Positions 24,604 to 35,563 are shown, counted from the stretch's first letter. The stretch is DNA of 56,728 nt from a virus (IMGVR_UViG_3300008262_000238:1-56728); one strand, 5' to 3'. Numbers and translations are program-made. Notes: generated from the letters alone by a model not told the origin.

Positions 24604-25608
24604 TTATAATTCCTTTATTTTAATTACCAAATCACCATTTCCTTTAATGACTCTGTGAAATGTTTCGGAGGGGATTTTAAAACGATCCCCTTCTTTTAAC
24701 ATTTTAGGTAATTCATTATCCATTTGGAATTTCCATCCACTTCCTTTTACAACTTCAACTATTCTATCTCTTTCATCACGATGCCATTTAAGTTCGTGAT
24801 CATCAATATTCTCATCAAAAACTCTGGTTTTTATTCCGTTTTTAATTGTTTGGTTAAATGGTAATGTGGATTCGTCAAGTTTTCTACCTAAACATTTTAA
24901 TTCCCATTCTAAATTTTGTTTATGACTTTCAATTGTTGAACTACTACCCCCTTTTATTTCGGCATCTTTTAATTGAGGGATTCCATCCCTTAAAATGGGT
25001 ATCATTTTTTTTATTTGGATGTTAGATCTATCTGAATCATCCTGAGTAAATGGTTTTTCAAATAATGAGATTATTCTAACACTTAACCCATCGTTGTATT
25101 TTTCTTTACCCACAATTGAGGTATATCCAACAAAATTTTCACTTTTTAATGGTTTAAATCTTGATAAGAATTTATTGATTCTATTTTCCATTCTTTGGAA
25201 ATATTCTTCAGTATATTTTTCTTCTTTAATTGTCATTTTTTGTTCAGGTAGAAATTTTCTTACTTGAGGTATTAATTCGTCCTCATATTTTTTATATTCA
25301 TTTTTTGTTTTCATATTAATATCATAATCCGCATTCTTAAGAATTGGAAAAACCATTTTAATTCTTTTAACTAATTCCAATCCGTGTTGCCTTGCCATAT
25401 TTTTTGCGGGATATGATAAGAATTTATTAAAAATGTAAAATAAATTTATGGTGTAATTTGATTGAAATCTGTTCCACAAAATATACGGATCTATTTTAAT
25501 AAACTTAAAGTCAACATCATCTGTTCCATACACAAAAGGCTCATAATTATCAATAATTTTTCTTATTGATAATTCTAACCTATCAATCATTTTCTTATTT
25601 AATTTCAT
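24604..25608 (-). CDS. Multidomain protein with C-terminal cupin
   Basis: WHRD...WKFQMD...IP..FHRVIKG cupin motif. Confidence 0.65.
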   Translation of the reverse strand: MKLNKKMIDRLELSIRKIIDNYEPFVYGTDDVDFKFIKIDPYILWNRFQSNYTINLFYIFNKFLSYPAKNMARQHGLELVKRIKMVFPILKNADYDINMKTKNEYKKYEDELIPQVRKFLPEQKMTIKEEKYTEEYFQRMENRINKFLSRFKPLKSENFVGYTSIVGKEKYNDGLSVRIISLFEKPFTQDDSDRSNIQIKKMIPILRDGIPQLKDAEIKGGSSSTIESHKQNLEWELKCLGRKLDESTLPFNQTIKNGIKTRVFDENIDDHELKWHRDERDRIVEVVKGSGWKFQMDNELPKMLKEGDRFKIPSETFHRVIKGNGDLVIKIKEL

Positions 25609-25611
25609 AAA

Positions 25612-26247
25612 TCACCAATAACCTCCATATGTTTTACCACCCCATAGATGACCATAACGATTAATTCTACAAGCCCAATAACCTGCCTTCATTCTGTCTT
25701 TCTTATCTTTACAATTATGACGAGCTGCAAATCTTCTTCTCGCCTCAGGATTTGACACTTTAGCGGTTAAACCACCTTTAACATCTCCAAATGTTATTTT
25801 TTTGATCTTACCTGTTGATGGATTTTTAACATATACTTTATATTTCTTTCCACCACCAGTATTCCTCATAGGGTATCCAACCTTAACTTTTTTACCCTGA
25901 TATTCAGCCTCAGACAATAGTTCTTCTTCTGTCATTAGATAAGGACAATCTAAAGAAACAATCTCCCCGGTACTTAATTTTACTCTTTTACCTAAATCAG
26001 TTTCAATTAACCATTTATCACTATTACTTAATTGAATAAAACCTAAATTGTGTAGATCTCTAACCTCACAAACCAGATCAAAGTAAGAATCAGAATACGG
26101 TCTGAAAACATTTTCGGTTAATGAAATTCCATTATTTAAATGATAGGACAGGTCATCAGATATAACCACATTTTCAGTTAACATCATTTTTTTTGGTGAA
26201 AAAGACTCATTTAAGACCCTTTTTACTATATGTTCAATTTTATTCAT
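25612..26247 (-). CDS. Conserved phage protein with basic C-terminal domain
   Basis: AEYQG...KKYKVYVKNP..GKIKKITFGD...FAARHNC...AGYWAC. Confidence 0.75.
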   Translation of the reverse strand: MNKIEHIVKRVLNESFSPKKMMLTENVVISDDLSYHLNNGISLTENVFRPYSDSYFDLVCEVRDLHNLGFIQLSNSDKWLIETDLGKRVKLSTGEIVSLDCPYLMTEEELLSEAEYQGKKVKVGYPMRNTGGGKKYKVYVKNPSTGKIKKITFGDVKGGLTAKVSNPEARRRFAARHNCKDKKDRMKAGYWACRINRYGHLWGGKTYGGYW

Positions 26248-26323
26248 ATTAATATATATTTATATACATAAATACCATAAAACTTATTGTTTATTAGATA
26301 TTTATTTAAAAAGTTTTTTTACT

Positions 26324-26848
26324 ATGAAAAGATTAATAAAAGAAAGTGATATTAAAAGAGCACTTTATAAAATTATTAAAGAGGATAATATGGATTCCTC
26401 CAAAAAAAGAGAAGTTAAACCAAGATGTATTCCTGAAAATGTCATCCAATTAGATGAGATTGTTGGGGACTCTGAAGATTTTGGTAGATACTCTTCAGGT
26501 ATCTCTAAAAGAAATAGAGGTGTTAATGGATTTGTTGACACATTAGGAATATTAAACAACATCAGATTATTTAAGGATGTTAAGGACGGTGGTGAACATT
26601 TGGCATATGAAATGATGAACAATTTAAATCGTTTCAGAAATAAAAACTATTATGATGAAACAAGTGGTCAATGTAATAAAGCAATGGATAAGATCCTTGA
26701 ACTTTACAAAGAGAATGAACACGGAACAGAATTAGTTAAGGACATTGAGAAGGTTTTAAACCTACAAGTTAGAGAAGATGAGTATACCCCTTCTCCAAGA
26801 ACAAAAGAGTATTTAAAACAATGTATTAACCTTATAAAAGGTGTATAA
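26324..26848 (+). CDS. Hypothetical protein with leader MKRLIKESDI
   Basis: 174-aa ORF. Confidence 0.75.
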   Translation: MKRLIKESDIKRALYKIIKEDNMDSSKKREVKPRCIPENVIQLDEIVGDSEDFGRYSSGISKRNRGVNGFVDTLGILNNIRLFKDVKDGGEHLAYEMMNNLNRFRNKNYYDETSGQCNKAMDKILELYKENEHGTELVKDIEKVLNLQVREDEYTPSPRTKEYLKQCINLIKGV

Positions 26849-26960
26849 TTTTTAATTAGGGCCGTTGTCGTTAAGGCAACATCTAAAAGGGACAATTCGC
26901 TACTGTCCCTTTTTTATTTGTAAAATATTTATTGTAAATAAACCTAAAAATATAAATAAA

Positions 26961-27092
26961 ATGGCAAAGGCAAAAGGATCATCATCATCACAACTAAAAC
27001 AAAGTTTTGGTAAAAAAAGAGTAGGTAAATTAAAGAGAAAATATGGCCCTAAAGAACAAAAACCAAAGGCATATAGAGGACAAGGTAGGTAA
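26961..27092 (+). CDS. Small basic protein ending KAYRGQGR (43 aa)
   Basis: AAATAAA-ATG start; highly basic. Confidence 0.65.
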   Translation: MAKAKGSSSSQLKQSFGKKRVGKLKRKYGPKEQKPKAYRGQGR

Positions 27093-27145
27093 TATAGGTT
27101 TTTTACAAAAAATGTAAATATTTATAGTAATAAAAAACAAAAATT

Positions 27146-27379
27146 ATGAAGAAAAATTTTTTTAGAGAAATGTTTACAGATGAGAACGATGTAGTATCAT
27201 CAAAAAGAATTGCCGGTATGTTATGTGTTGTTGCATTAGTGATCTCATTAGTTGCAAACACTTTCACTCACGGAGACATTAAACCTTCAGATGCATTGGT
27301 TGATGCGGTTGCATTATTCGCATTTGGGGCGTTAGGGCTGACCTCAATTGATAAATTCACAAAAAATAAGTTCAAATAA
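27146..27379 (+). CDS. Putative holin-like two-TM protein
   Basis: SSKR followed by two hydrophobic helices and a basic tail. Confidence 0.55.
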   Translation: MKKNFFREMFTDENDVVSSKRIAGMLCVVALVISLVANTFTHGDIKPSDALVDAVALFAFGALGLTSIDKFTKNKFK

Positions 27380-27467
27380 AGAGGTTCAATTTAGTTTTTT
27401 CATATTATTTTTTTAATTCCCCTCCAAAAGAGGGGTTTTTATTTAAAAAAAATGTTATCTTTGTATT

Positions 27468-27623
27468 ATGAAAGATAAAAACATTAAAAACAAGGTGGCT
27501 CATAAGAAATATGAGAGAGTTTATGAATTTGATGATTGTACAATTATCTATAAATACGACACAAGTAAGACCACTTCTGGGCCTTTTGAGACCGAAATTA
27601 GACAGAAAAAACCTAAAAAATGA
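27468..27623 (+). CDS. Small hypothetical protein (51 aa)
   Basis: ATG 4 nt after TATCTTTG (near-leaderless). Confidence 0.5.
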   Translation: MKDKNIKNKVAHKKYERVYEFDDCTIIYKYDTSKTTSGPFETEIRQKKPKK

Positions 27624-27666
27624 CCTTTTTTAGGGGGTATTTTAGGGTATTTTTACCCTAAAATAC

Positions 27667-27876
27667 TTAATTTTTAACCAAATTTCGTCTAATTTTGGTC
27701 ATTTCATGATCAAAAGTGAACATTTTTTCCAAAATATCGTGTTTTTTCATCGTTTTTTGGTGTTTTTTAATGAAATTATTGAATAATTCACTACAAATTA
27801 GTAGTTGATCGGTGTTTTTTACTGATTTTAACACCTTTATGACCCATTCAAAGTCAGATTTAGTTGTTTTTTTCAT
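27667..27876 (-). CDS. Hypothetical protein
   Basis: 69-aa ORF. Confidence 0.6.
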   Translation of the reverse strand: MKKTTKSDFEWVIKVLKSVKNTDQLLICSELFNNFIKKHQKTMKKHDILEKMFTFDHEMTKIRRNLVKN

Positions 27877-28073
27877 TTTTTCTTAAAAAAATCACCAAAA
27901 TTTTGTAATTCCTTCATTAAATCCCTATTATTTAAAGGAAATTGAGGTGTTTTACTCATATTTTTGATCAAATTAAACATTTCTTTACCATATTTTTTCC
28001 ACCACAGGTAAAAACCAATAAAAATGGTTAAAATAACTAAAGAAAAGAATATTAGTGCTATTGATAGTATCAT
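27873..28073 (-). CDS. Small membrane protein
   Basis: N-terminal TM helix. Confidence 0.6.
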   Translation of the reverse strand: MILSIALIFFSLVILTIFIGFYLWWKKYGKEMFNLIKNMSKTPQFPLNNRDLMKELQNFGDFFKKK

Positions 28074-28402
28074 ATTTGTATGTTTTTACAAAAAATACGA
28101 TTAATTTACATCTTAATCAACGTTTTTTACTGTTTTTTACATAAAAAAAGATAGAAAATATCAATATTGGTGTAATAAGACCAACTATTATCTCAATGTT
28201 CATTATTTTGGGGTTAAAATGTTTATTTATCCTGTTTAGGATCCGCAATATTATGTGTTAAACGAAAAATCGTTATTAAAGGAGTCTATTAAAATGGAAT
28301 AAATCGGTTATATCAATAAATAGTGTTCATAACTGAGTTAAAATGTGATTTTGAGTAAACAATACCTTTATTTTACCATTTATTGGGTTTATTTTTTCAT
28401 AT

Positions 28403-28675
28403 ATGGAGCGTCATTTACAGATAATTCTAAATAGAGCATTAAAAGAACATAAAGATTTGTTATATGGATCAAATTCGGAGATTATAGTTGAAAAAATTGA
28501 TTGGATTATTACCAAAAAATCACATATTATTAATGTTAAGATTATTATGGATGATCCTAATCTATATTTAGAGTCTCATCCCCACGGAATTGACTTTCTT
28601 ATCCACGAAAGTTTACCAATAATAGGAAAAATTAAAAATGCTGTAGTTATTTCAACGGTAGAGTTTAAAGATTAA
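28403..28675 (+). CDS. Hypothetical protein
   Basis: 90-aa ORF. Confidence 0.6.
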   Translation: MERHLQIILNRALKEHKDLLYGSNSEIIVEKIDWIITKKSHIINVKIIMDDPNLYLESHPHGIDFLIHESLPIIGKIKNAVVISTVEFKD

Positions 28676-29250
28676 TCCCACCACCATCTAATTCTCTCAT
28701 TTAATATTCTAAAAAGTAGATTTTGTGCTTTTTGCTGATTATATATTGAGATATAATGACAAAGTGTTCGTTTATCAATGTTAGGTTTTAGTTTTAAAAT
28801 TTTACGAACAGTAGATGGGTATTTATTAATGAAATCATCATAACGATTACTTATTACATCAATATCAAACCCTTTTGAATTGTGTTTTCCCGGAATTTCA
28901 GAAAAAACAATTTTGGATTCTTCATAATCAAGATATTCAATTTCATAAAATTCTGTTTTAACCCTCTCAATTAGATTTAATACAATTGTCATATCACGAT
29001 TATCGGTTGCAATACGTGTATGGCGATTGGCATTGACGAGTTCTTCTCTTTGTAGTTCTATTTTTTTTTGTAGAATGGTGAATATGTATGAATCATCCCA
29101 ATTTCTATCTTTATATAAAGTTGGGATCCACCTAATTATATTTTTTATTCCAGTAAAAAATGAATAAATGAAAGATGGGAAATATCTTTTTATTGATTTT
29201 CTTTCCCATGCCGAATCTTTAGGTATTTTAAGTGGTTTGTACTTTTTCAT
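28672..29250 (-). CDS. Conserved phage protein (C-terminal WWD)
   Basis: WIP.LYKDR.WD...RWWWD; promoter at 29266. Confidence 0.75.
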   Translation of the reverse strand: MKKYKPLKIPKDSAWERKSIKRYFPSFIYSFFTGIKNIIRWIPTLYKDRNWDDSYIFTILQKKIELQREELVNANRHTRIATDNRDMTIVLNLIERVKTEFYEIEYLDYEESKIVFSEIPGKHNSKGFDIDVISNRYDDFINKYPSTVRKILKLKPNIDKRTLCHYISIYNQQKAQNLLFRILNERIRWWWD

Positions 29251-29303
29251 TTTGTTATTTTAATGCAAAGATAGGTAAACTTTTAGGATAACAAAATAAA
29301 AAA

Positions 29304-29915
29304 TTATATTTTAGGTGGTAATGGTGGGTTGAGTAAGAATTTACGATTAACCCAAGTTCTCAACTCATTCTCAACAAAATATTCTGGAACTTCCTCATCG
29401 TCAGGCATTTCACTCGCCAATTCTGAAATATATCTGGCAAATTGTACTTTATACTTTGGTTCCATCATTGTCATTAAACCATCAGATATAAAGAATATTT
29501 TTGACAAAGGATCTTTAATACCTAATTCTCCTTCTGCAATATTAAAAGCTCTTAATACTGATTTACCCCACCAAGTTTTATAGTTTGATGTTTCTTCTAA
29601 TGTCGGTCTAACTATTTTATTTATTGCTCTTATTGCCGATCCGAATACGCCTGCAAATATGAGTTGGGGTATGAACCACGGTATTAGTCTGATTGTTGCC
29701 TTAAATCCGCCTTCACCAACAAAAAGAGCTAATCTCTTTTTTCTTGATTCCTCAACTAAAGCTCTTAATTGTCCGAATGTTATTTTACCTTGAGCATTAC
29801 AGAATCTTTCACTATCACAAATATTCTTTACCGCTTTTCCTGATGGTTCAATTGATTCAACTTCCATCATTAACTCAATAATTTTTTTTTGTTCTTCTGT
29901 AATTATTATTTTCAT
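29304..29915 (-). CDS. Protein with MKIIITEEQ leader
   Basis: 203-aa ORF. Confidence 0.75.
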   Translation of the reverse strand: MKIIITEEQKKIIELMMEVESIEPSGKAVKNICDSERFCNAQGKITFGQLRALVEESRKKRLALFVGEGGFKATIRLIPWFIPQLIFAGVFGSAIRAINKIVRPTLEETSNYKTWWGKSVLRAFNIAEGELGIKDPLSKIFFISDGLMTMMEPKYKVQFARYISELASEMPDDEEVPEYFVENELRTWVNRKFLLNPPLPPKI

Positions 29916-29987
29916 ACTTAATAAATATTTGGCAGATAGGAATAATTGTGTTATATTTGTAGTATATTTATTTAAAACAAGATAGTT

Positions 29988-30266
29988 ATGTGTTCAAAAG
30001 AGGAAAAATTGAAGTCTTTGTCTGTTAGTGTTGAGAAATTTAAATCTAAATTGAGATTCTCAATCAATAGTTTTGTGTTTTTTCTGTCTATGATGTTTAT
30101 TCATATGATGAATCCTGTATTTGGGTCATTTGTAACAATTGGGTTTGGGATCGCCTCTCTTGTTTTTATTCAACAAATAATCCGATCTTACAATTATCTA
30201 AAGTTTTACAAGATGTCATATAATGCATATGTTATTATGCATGAAGTTATTGAGGACATGAAATAA
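29988..30266 (+). CDS. Two-TM membrane protein
   Basis: Hydrophobic helices; TATATTTG promoter at 29952. Confidence 0.7.
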   Translation: MCSKEEKLKSLSVSVEKFKSKLRFSINSFVFFLSMMFIHMMNPVFGSFVTIGFGIASLVFIQQIIRSYNYLKFYKMSYNAYVIMHEVIEDMK

Positions 30267-30291
30267 AAAAAGGGACTCAAGTCCCTTTTTA

Positions 30292-30723
30292 TTATTTTTT
30301 GTATCCACCTCCGAAACTATGACCACTTTTCATACCTCCGACCATTGGTTCCATAATGTTTTTATAGAATTTAGATTTGTGAAATCTACTTGGTTCTGCC
30401 TCAAATTTAAACATTGGCATTCCTTTTGAAGTTGTTGTGATTCTAACATCACCTCTATAATTAGAGTCTTTAGCCTTCTCTAAAACTGACTCAATTGAGT
30501 TAATAAGATCTTCTTCCTCAAGACCGTTTTCTTCCAAAAGGTCTTCCATTCTTCTAATTAGATCTGTTTTAAGTTCCTCAAGTTCTTCTTTTCCAGGACC
30601 AAACATACCTTCTTCCATTTCACCATGCATACCTTCTTCCATATCCATATGCTGAGTTTCAGTAATAATTCTTTCTATTAGGTCTGTTAATTCACTTTCC
30701 GTTAATCTTATAACTTTTTTCAT
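30292..30723 (-). CDS. Protein with LTESEL leader
   Basis: MKKVIRLTESELTDLIERIITE; MEEGM repeats. Confidence 0.8.
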   Translation of the reverse strand: MKKVIRLTESELTDLIERIITETQHMDMEEGMHGEMEEGMFGPGKEELEELKTDLIRRMEDLLEENGLEEEDLINSIESVLEKAKDSNYRGDVRITTTSKGMPMFKFEAEPSRFHKSKFYKNIMEPMVGGMKSGHSFGGGYKK

Positions 30724-30779
30724 AATATTTTTTTGTTTTTTAATTATTTATCTATAAATATATTGGTTTTATAAAAAAA

Positions 30780-31274
30780 TCATTCTCCACGTAATTGAGG
30801 TATAACATTTTCAGAAAAAAACATACTAAATTCGTGTTCAATCGCTTGAATTTTATCTTTCAATCTAACGTCTTCATCTGATAATACACTATAAAAATCA
30901 AAATCTAAGAAATACCCGTTTAAGTTTGTAATAATTACCCCCAAATATTCATCTCCATCAAATTTAAGTTCACCATAATAATAAATGTTATCACCATCAG
31001 TTGATTCTTCACTAAACGTAAACTGAACAGGTAAACGAGAAATATAATCTGTGAATACCTCACCTTCTCTTTCATCATATTTTTCGGTAGGATCCACAAA
31101 CTCATCAGGTCTTCCTCCCTTATTCATATAATCAGAATAATTTTTTAAATATCTCTTTTCATCAATAGTTAATGATTCATAACCACCATCAGACATTTTA
31201 TCTAATATTGAGTCAGTTTTTTCTTGACTCTCAATTATTCTATTATATTGGGATTCTGTAATTAAGAATTTCAT
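30780..31274 (-). CDS. Protein with MKFLITESQ leader
   Basis: D.ILDKMS..G.ESLT..EK..L motif follows the leader. Confidence 0.75.
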   Translation of the reverse strand: MKFLITESQYNRIIESQEKTDSILDKMSDGGYESLTIDEKRYLKNYSDYMNKGGRPDEFVDPTEKYDEREGEVFTDYISRLPVQFTFSEESTDGDNIYYYGELKFDGDEYLGVIITNLNGYFLDFDFYSVLSDEDVRLKDKIQAIEHEFSMFFSENVIPQLRGE

Positions 31275-31561
31275 TTTTTCATATAATTCATATATGCATT
31301 TTCCGCATAATCCAAAAATTTATCACCATAAATACGAACTAATCTGTTCATTATTAATTGAGGATTTTTTCTCATATACCTTAAAACATCATTTGGTATT
31401 TGTTCTTCATATTTACCAAACATTTTTTGGATCTGAACTTCCCTTGGTTGTTTCCCAACTTCTGGCTCAACACTAAATGAATTTTCATCATCAAATTCAA
31501 ATTCTTCTTTGATAACTTTAGTTAGTGCTTTTTTTATTATGTTATTTGACACATTTTTCAT
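31271..31561 (-). CDS. Hypothetical protein
   Basis: Start MKNVSNN at 31561 after TATTTAT. Confidence 0.7.
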   Translation of the reverse strand: MKNVSNNIIKKALTKVIKEEFEFDDENSFSVEPEVGKQPREVQIQKMFGKYEEQIPNDVLRYMRKNPQLIMNRLVRIYGDKFLDYAENAYMNYMKK

Positions 31562-31580
31562 ACATATAAATACTTTGTTT

Positions 31581-32144
31581 TTATAAAAGTTCCACATAAA
31601 TCTCGTCAGGACTAAAACTATAATTTTTACCACATATTTTATATCCCATATCCTGTATCGTATCCCTAATATCCGTATACACCTCATTCCAAATATTATC
31701 AGGAATTTCATCTATGTAAAGTAGACTATAATAATGTCCATCATCAAAAAATTCACCATCTAAAATTTGAAATTTTATTTCAAAGGAATTATCCCTATCA
31801 ACTTCTGAAATTTTTACTATCTTAAAGGTAAAGTCATATTCACCAACATATATTCCCATATCCTCCAAATCATTAGTTGTAAGAACTCTACCTTCATAAT
31901 TATTTTTTATTTCTTCCAATATGGTATCAAAACCACCATACCACTCAACGATCCATTCTTCTAATAATCCATAATGTTCCAAACCAACTGATTTTGCTAA
32001 CGCCAAATTGGCTTTTGGTTTTATTCCCATGGATTTTTGCTTATCCCATAATTTGAATATCTTGGATTTAAGTTTATCTGATGGAGTATAAAATAAACTT
32101 TCCTTTATAACTCGTCTAACTATTTTATTTAATGGTGTTTTCAT
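31581..32144 (-). CDS. Hypothetical protein, paralog of 32141-32704
   Basis: Shared FKLWDKQKS.GIKPK...WYGG. Confidence 0.75.
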   Translation of the reverse strand: MKTPLNKIVRRVIKESLFYTPSDKLKSKIFKLWDKQKSMGIKPKANLALAKSVGLEHYGLLEEWIVEWYGGFDTILEEIKNNYEGRVLTTNDLEDMGIYVGEYDFTFKIVKISEVDRDNSFEIKFQILDGEFFDDGHYYSLLYIDEIPDNIWNEVYTDIRDTIQDMGYKICGKNYSFSPDEIYVELL

Positions 32145-32704
32145 ATGTGTATTGTTATGTGATCCAAATATGAACCAAACCCATATTCTTTAGCAACTGA
32201 ATCTATTAATTCCTTAACCAAATCTTTTATCTCATAGGATATCTCCCATCTAATTTCATCATCTATTGATTCTATGTCAGTTAAATCCAACCAGTCACCT
32301 GTTGTTATTAACTCAACCCCACCATCAATAATTTTCATAACGGCAATAATCTCAACCCCACCTTGTTGGGTATTGCGAAGACTCATTTCCTTTATTCTAA
32401 AACTGAATTCGTATCCACCAACATTGATCTCTAAATTTCTTAAATCATCTGTAGTTAAGTGTTTATTTACTAATTTATTTTTAATTTTTGAATATACTTT
32501 ATCAACTCCACCATACCAATCAACTAATATCGTATTTAAATCATATTCACCAAGCTTAAATGTATGTTTTAAGGCGGAATTAATTTTAGGTTTTATACCT
32601 AAAGATTTTTGCTTATCCCACAACTTAAATAAAGTTTTTCTGGCATATTCTTTTAATTTTAGATACTCACTTTCCAATAAAACCTTACGAATAATATCTC
32701 TCAT
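32141..32704 (-). CDS. Hypothetical protein, paralog of 31581-32144
   Basis: Shared FKLWDKQKS.GIKPK...WYGG. Confidence 0.75.
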   Translation of the reverse strand: MRDIIRKVLLESEYLKLKEYARKTLFKLWDKQKSLGIKPKINSALKHTFKLGEYDLNTILVDWYGGVDKVYSKIKNKLVNKHLTTDDLRNLEINVGGYEFSFRIKEMSLRNTQQGGVEIIAVMKIIDGGVELITTGDWLDLTDIESIDDEIRWEISYEIKDLVKELIDSVAKEYGFGSYLDHITIHI

Positions 32705-32776
32705 ATGAAATAAATATCAATTAAACATTTTACAATACCATAAATTAATCATAAACTTATGAAAACAAATAAAAAT

Positions 32777-33202
32777 ATGGGAAAAGTACAAAATGGTGAT
32801 GTAGTAACGGTACATTACACAGGAAAATTGGAAGATGGATCCGTTTTTGATTCATCATTAAGTGAAGGTAGAACACCAATTACCGTTAAATTGGGTGAAG
32901 GTACTCTAATTAAAGGATTTGAAGAAGGTCTACTTGGAATGGAAGTTGGAGAAAAGAAAACCGTAAACATATCTCCAGATAATGCTTATGGATTTAAGAA
33001 TGAAGGGATGATTAATGAAGTTGCAAAAACTCAAGTACCTGAAGGAGTTAATGTTGGTGATATGTTGCAAGCAAATACACCTGCTGGACCTGTCAATGTT
33101 AGAGTTGTTGAAGTTAGGGATGAGGTTATTGTAATTGATGCAAACCACCCTTTGGTTGATAAGACTTTAATTTTTGATCTTGAGATTGTTGGGATCAATT
33201 AA
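32777..33202 (+). CDS. FKBP-type peptidyl-prolyl isomerase (SlyD/FkpB-like)
   Basis: VHYTGKLEDGSVFDSS, LIKGFEEGL, DANHPL. Confidence 0.92.
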   Translation: MGKVQNGDVVTVHYTGKLEDGSVFDSSLSEGRTPITVKLGEGTLIKGFEEGLLGMEVGEKKTVNISPDNAYGFKNEGMINEVAKTQVPEGVNVGDMLQANTPAGPVNVRVVEVRDEVIVIDANHPLVDKTLIFDLEIVGIN

Positions 33203-33235
33203 ATAAAAAAAGGTGAGATTATGTCTCACCTTTTT

Positions 33236-33667
33236 TTATTCTACATCAATTTTAAGTTCAATACTAACTATTTTTACTGTATAAAAATTTTCACTCCATC
33301 CAGGTTTGAATTTTATTTGATAATCTTCAGGTAATGCATTATAGATATCATTTAAATCGTTAGACATTTTTTCAGTGAATTTAATTCCGTACTTCTTATC
33401 ATCAATCAATGGGAGTAATGTTGAGAAACCGTATCTATCATAAAAACTTTTTAATGATTCCCTATCCCACAACTGATTTCTTTTATGTTCGTCTCCCGCA
33501 TATTCAAAAAACTTATCATAATCAATTATTATTTTAACAAAAAGAACCAGATCAAATTTATCATATTCATTTTCATTAACCATAATACCTTTAATAAATG
33601 GGTATTTCCTTTTAATACCCCTTGCAAGCATCTCAAAAGCTTTATTTTGTTTTTTGGTTAATTCCAT
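33236..33667 (-). CDS. YPFI-family hypothetical protein
   Basis: IKRKYPFIKGI. Confidence 0.7.
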   Translation of the reverse strand: MELTKKQNKAFEMLARGIKRKYPFIKGIMVNENEYDKFDLVLFVKIIIDYDKFFEYAGDEHKRNQLWDRESLKSFYDRYGFSTLLPLIDDKKYGIKFTEKMSNDLNDIYNALPEDYQIKFKPGWSENFYTVKIVSIELKIDVE

Positions 33668-33879
33668 AACTATAAATACAAAGATAATACAAATTATCTT
33701 TTGTTGTATTTAAAATATTCCTTACGATCCCTAATTATTGTTATACCAATGAATAATAGTGCAAATATAAATATAAATGATTCCATATTCTATACTTACA
33801 TACATAATACAATAAGTTAGTTAAGGTAATGTTAACAAATCTTTATTAAATAAAAAACCCACCTGATGGTGGGTTTTTG

Positions 33880-34338
33880 TTATTTTAAGAATCTTAATTT
33901 ATATAATGTTGAATTTATTAATTCACATATCGTATCAATTTGATTTTGCAAATAGGAATCTTTACAACAATCTCTCAACCCATCAACCTTCTCATTTAGA
34001 TCTTTCATATATTTTACGGTTGATTCAGTACTACTCCATTTTTCAAAATCCATACTTTTGTACGTGTCAACAATTCCATACTTACCTTGATAAGATTCAA
34101 CTAACCCATCAATTAAAGGATCAATACCTTCGTAATATCCCTGTAGTGCGATATGTTCAGCATATGATTCTGTTTGTAGATGTAATATGTGTGATTGTGT
34201 TTGTGAGTGTAGTAATATTGATGCTAATTCTGCGAAGTCTGAAGTTTTACCTTTTGATTCTTCTTCATTTTCATCATCAACCTGTTCTAATAGTCCTCTT
34301 TTTTTCATCTCATTAAAGAGTTCTTCTTTTAAATCCAT
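33880..34338 (-). CDS. Ferritin/Dps-like phage protein (DUF5856-like)
   Basis: H.LHLQT.SYAEH.AL..YY...D.LVE.YQGKYG ... YKLRFLK. Confidence 0.75.
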   Translation of the reverse strand: MDLKEELFNEMKKRGLLEQVDDENEEESKGKTSDFAELASILLHSQTQSHILHLQTESYAEHIALQGYYEGIDPLIDGLVESYQGKYGIVDTYKSMDFEKWSSTESTVKYMKDLNEKVDGLRDCCKDSYLQNQIDTICELINSTLYKLRFLK

Positions 34339-34368
34339 TTTTTTAAATTTTAAGTTTATTCTAAACCA

Positions 34369-34485
34369 TTATAGTTCTTTTTCAATCCTCTTTATAAGGT
34401 CATAATTTTTTTTCATTCTCATGAGATTTTTAACCAAATTTTGTCTATTTCTTTTTGGTTTTCCTTCTTTTCTTGCCTTTGCCAT
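34369..34485 (-). CDS. Small basic protein (38 aa, MAKARKEGKPKRN...)
   Basis: ORF after ATATTTAT motif. Confidence 0.5.
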   Translation of the reverse strand: MAKARKEGKPKRNRQNLVKNLMRMKKNYDLIKRIEKEL

Positions 34486-34552
34486 AATAGTTTATTTATA
34501 TAATAAATATCATCATAAACAAAAAAACCCACCTATAAGGTGGGGTTAATAA

Positions 34553-34741
34553 TTATCTCATTAAACTTTCAAGTTGTTTCATAATTTTGAGTTGCCTTTG
34601 TTGTAACTCATAAATTTCTCTCTTTTGTCTATCGTTTAGATCAATTGATTCGCCTTTAATTGATGAGATTTGATTTGATAATCTTGTATGTTCATTCAAT
34701 AGTTGACCATACAAATCTGCCTTTACTTTGTTGTTGTCCAT
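34553..34741 (-). CDS. Small coiled-coil protein
   Basis: 62-aa ORF. Confidence 0.65.
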   Translation of the reverse strand: MDNNKVKADLYGQLLNEHTRLSNQISSIKGESIDLNDRQKREIYELQQRQLKIMKQLESLMR

Positions 34742-34789
34742 AATTTAAATATAATTATTTTATTTAATAAGGAAATAATAATAAATTAT

Positions 34790-35551
34790 CTATCCTCTAC
34801 ATCTTTTTCCAAATATACCCATAAATCCTGATAATATTGAGTCTGTTTCACAATTGAAGTAATCGTTTATTTCAATACAAGATTTTGATGGGGTAAAATT
34901 TTCATCTTTTTTATTTGTACACCATTCATTTGAGATTTCCACCGCATTCCATAATGGTTCTAAAAATTTTTGTCCTTTAAAAATATTAAAAATTTTTCTT
35001 TTATCTGGTGATTTCCTTATGTCGTCCCATTTTGTTTTATTTGGGTTATTAGGATCCGATTTAATTGCAATATCCATCAAATCATTTAGGATATCATCTT
35101 CAATCCTACGATCAATAAACATACCTTCTTTAATACTTTTTTGTAATAAATCATATTGAGTCTCAATCATATTTTGATCCATATATAACTCAATCGCACG
35201 TATTAAGTTTTTAACACTATTAAGATTAGGAATAAATTCAGACCAATCGTCCCACAATTCATCATCATATCCATCATCATAAAAAATCTCAAATTGATCA
35301 TTTTTATTTAGTTCAATTAATAACCCTTGAGATATAACCTTATCATCATCACCAATAGTTTCATCTAATTTAATATATATGAAAGGATTAAATTCTTTGG
35401 TTCCCTCATCATATTTTATATCAATCGTTGGATACTTTTTTGATAGTTTATCATACGCCATTTTTAGTGTATTATAACCAACTTCAGATTCATTAATAAC
35501 TCTATCAATGATTCTTGATATATCCGCCTCCGTTAATGTTATTATTTTCAT
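34790..35551 (-). CDS. Protein with LTEADI leader
   Basis: MKIITLTEADISRIIDRVINE. Confidence 0.75.
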   Translation of the reverse strand: MKIITLTEADISRIIDRVINESEVGYNTLKMAYDKLSKKYPTIDIKYDEGTKEFNPFIYIKLDETIGDDDKVISQGLLIELNKNDQFEIFYDDGYDDELWDDWSEFIPNLNSVKNLIRAIELYMDQNMIETQYDLLQKSIKEGMFIDRRIEDDILNDLMDIAIKSDPNNPNKTKWDDIRKSPDKRKIFNIFKGQKFLEPLWNAVEISNEWCTNKKDENFTPSKSCIEINDYFNCETDSILSGFMGIFGKRCRG

Positions 35552-35563
35552 ATCTTTATATAA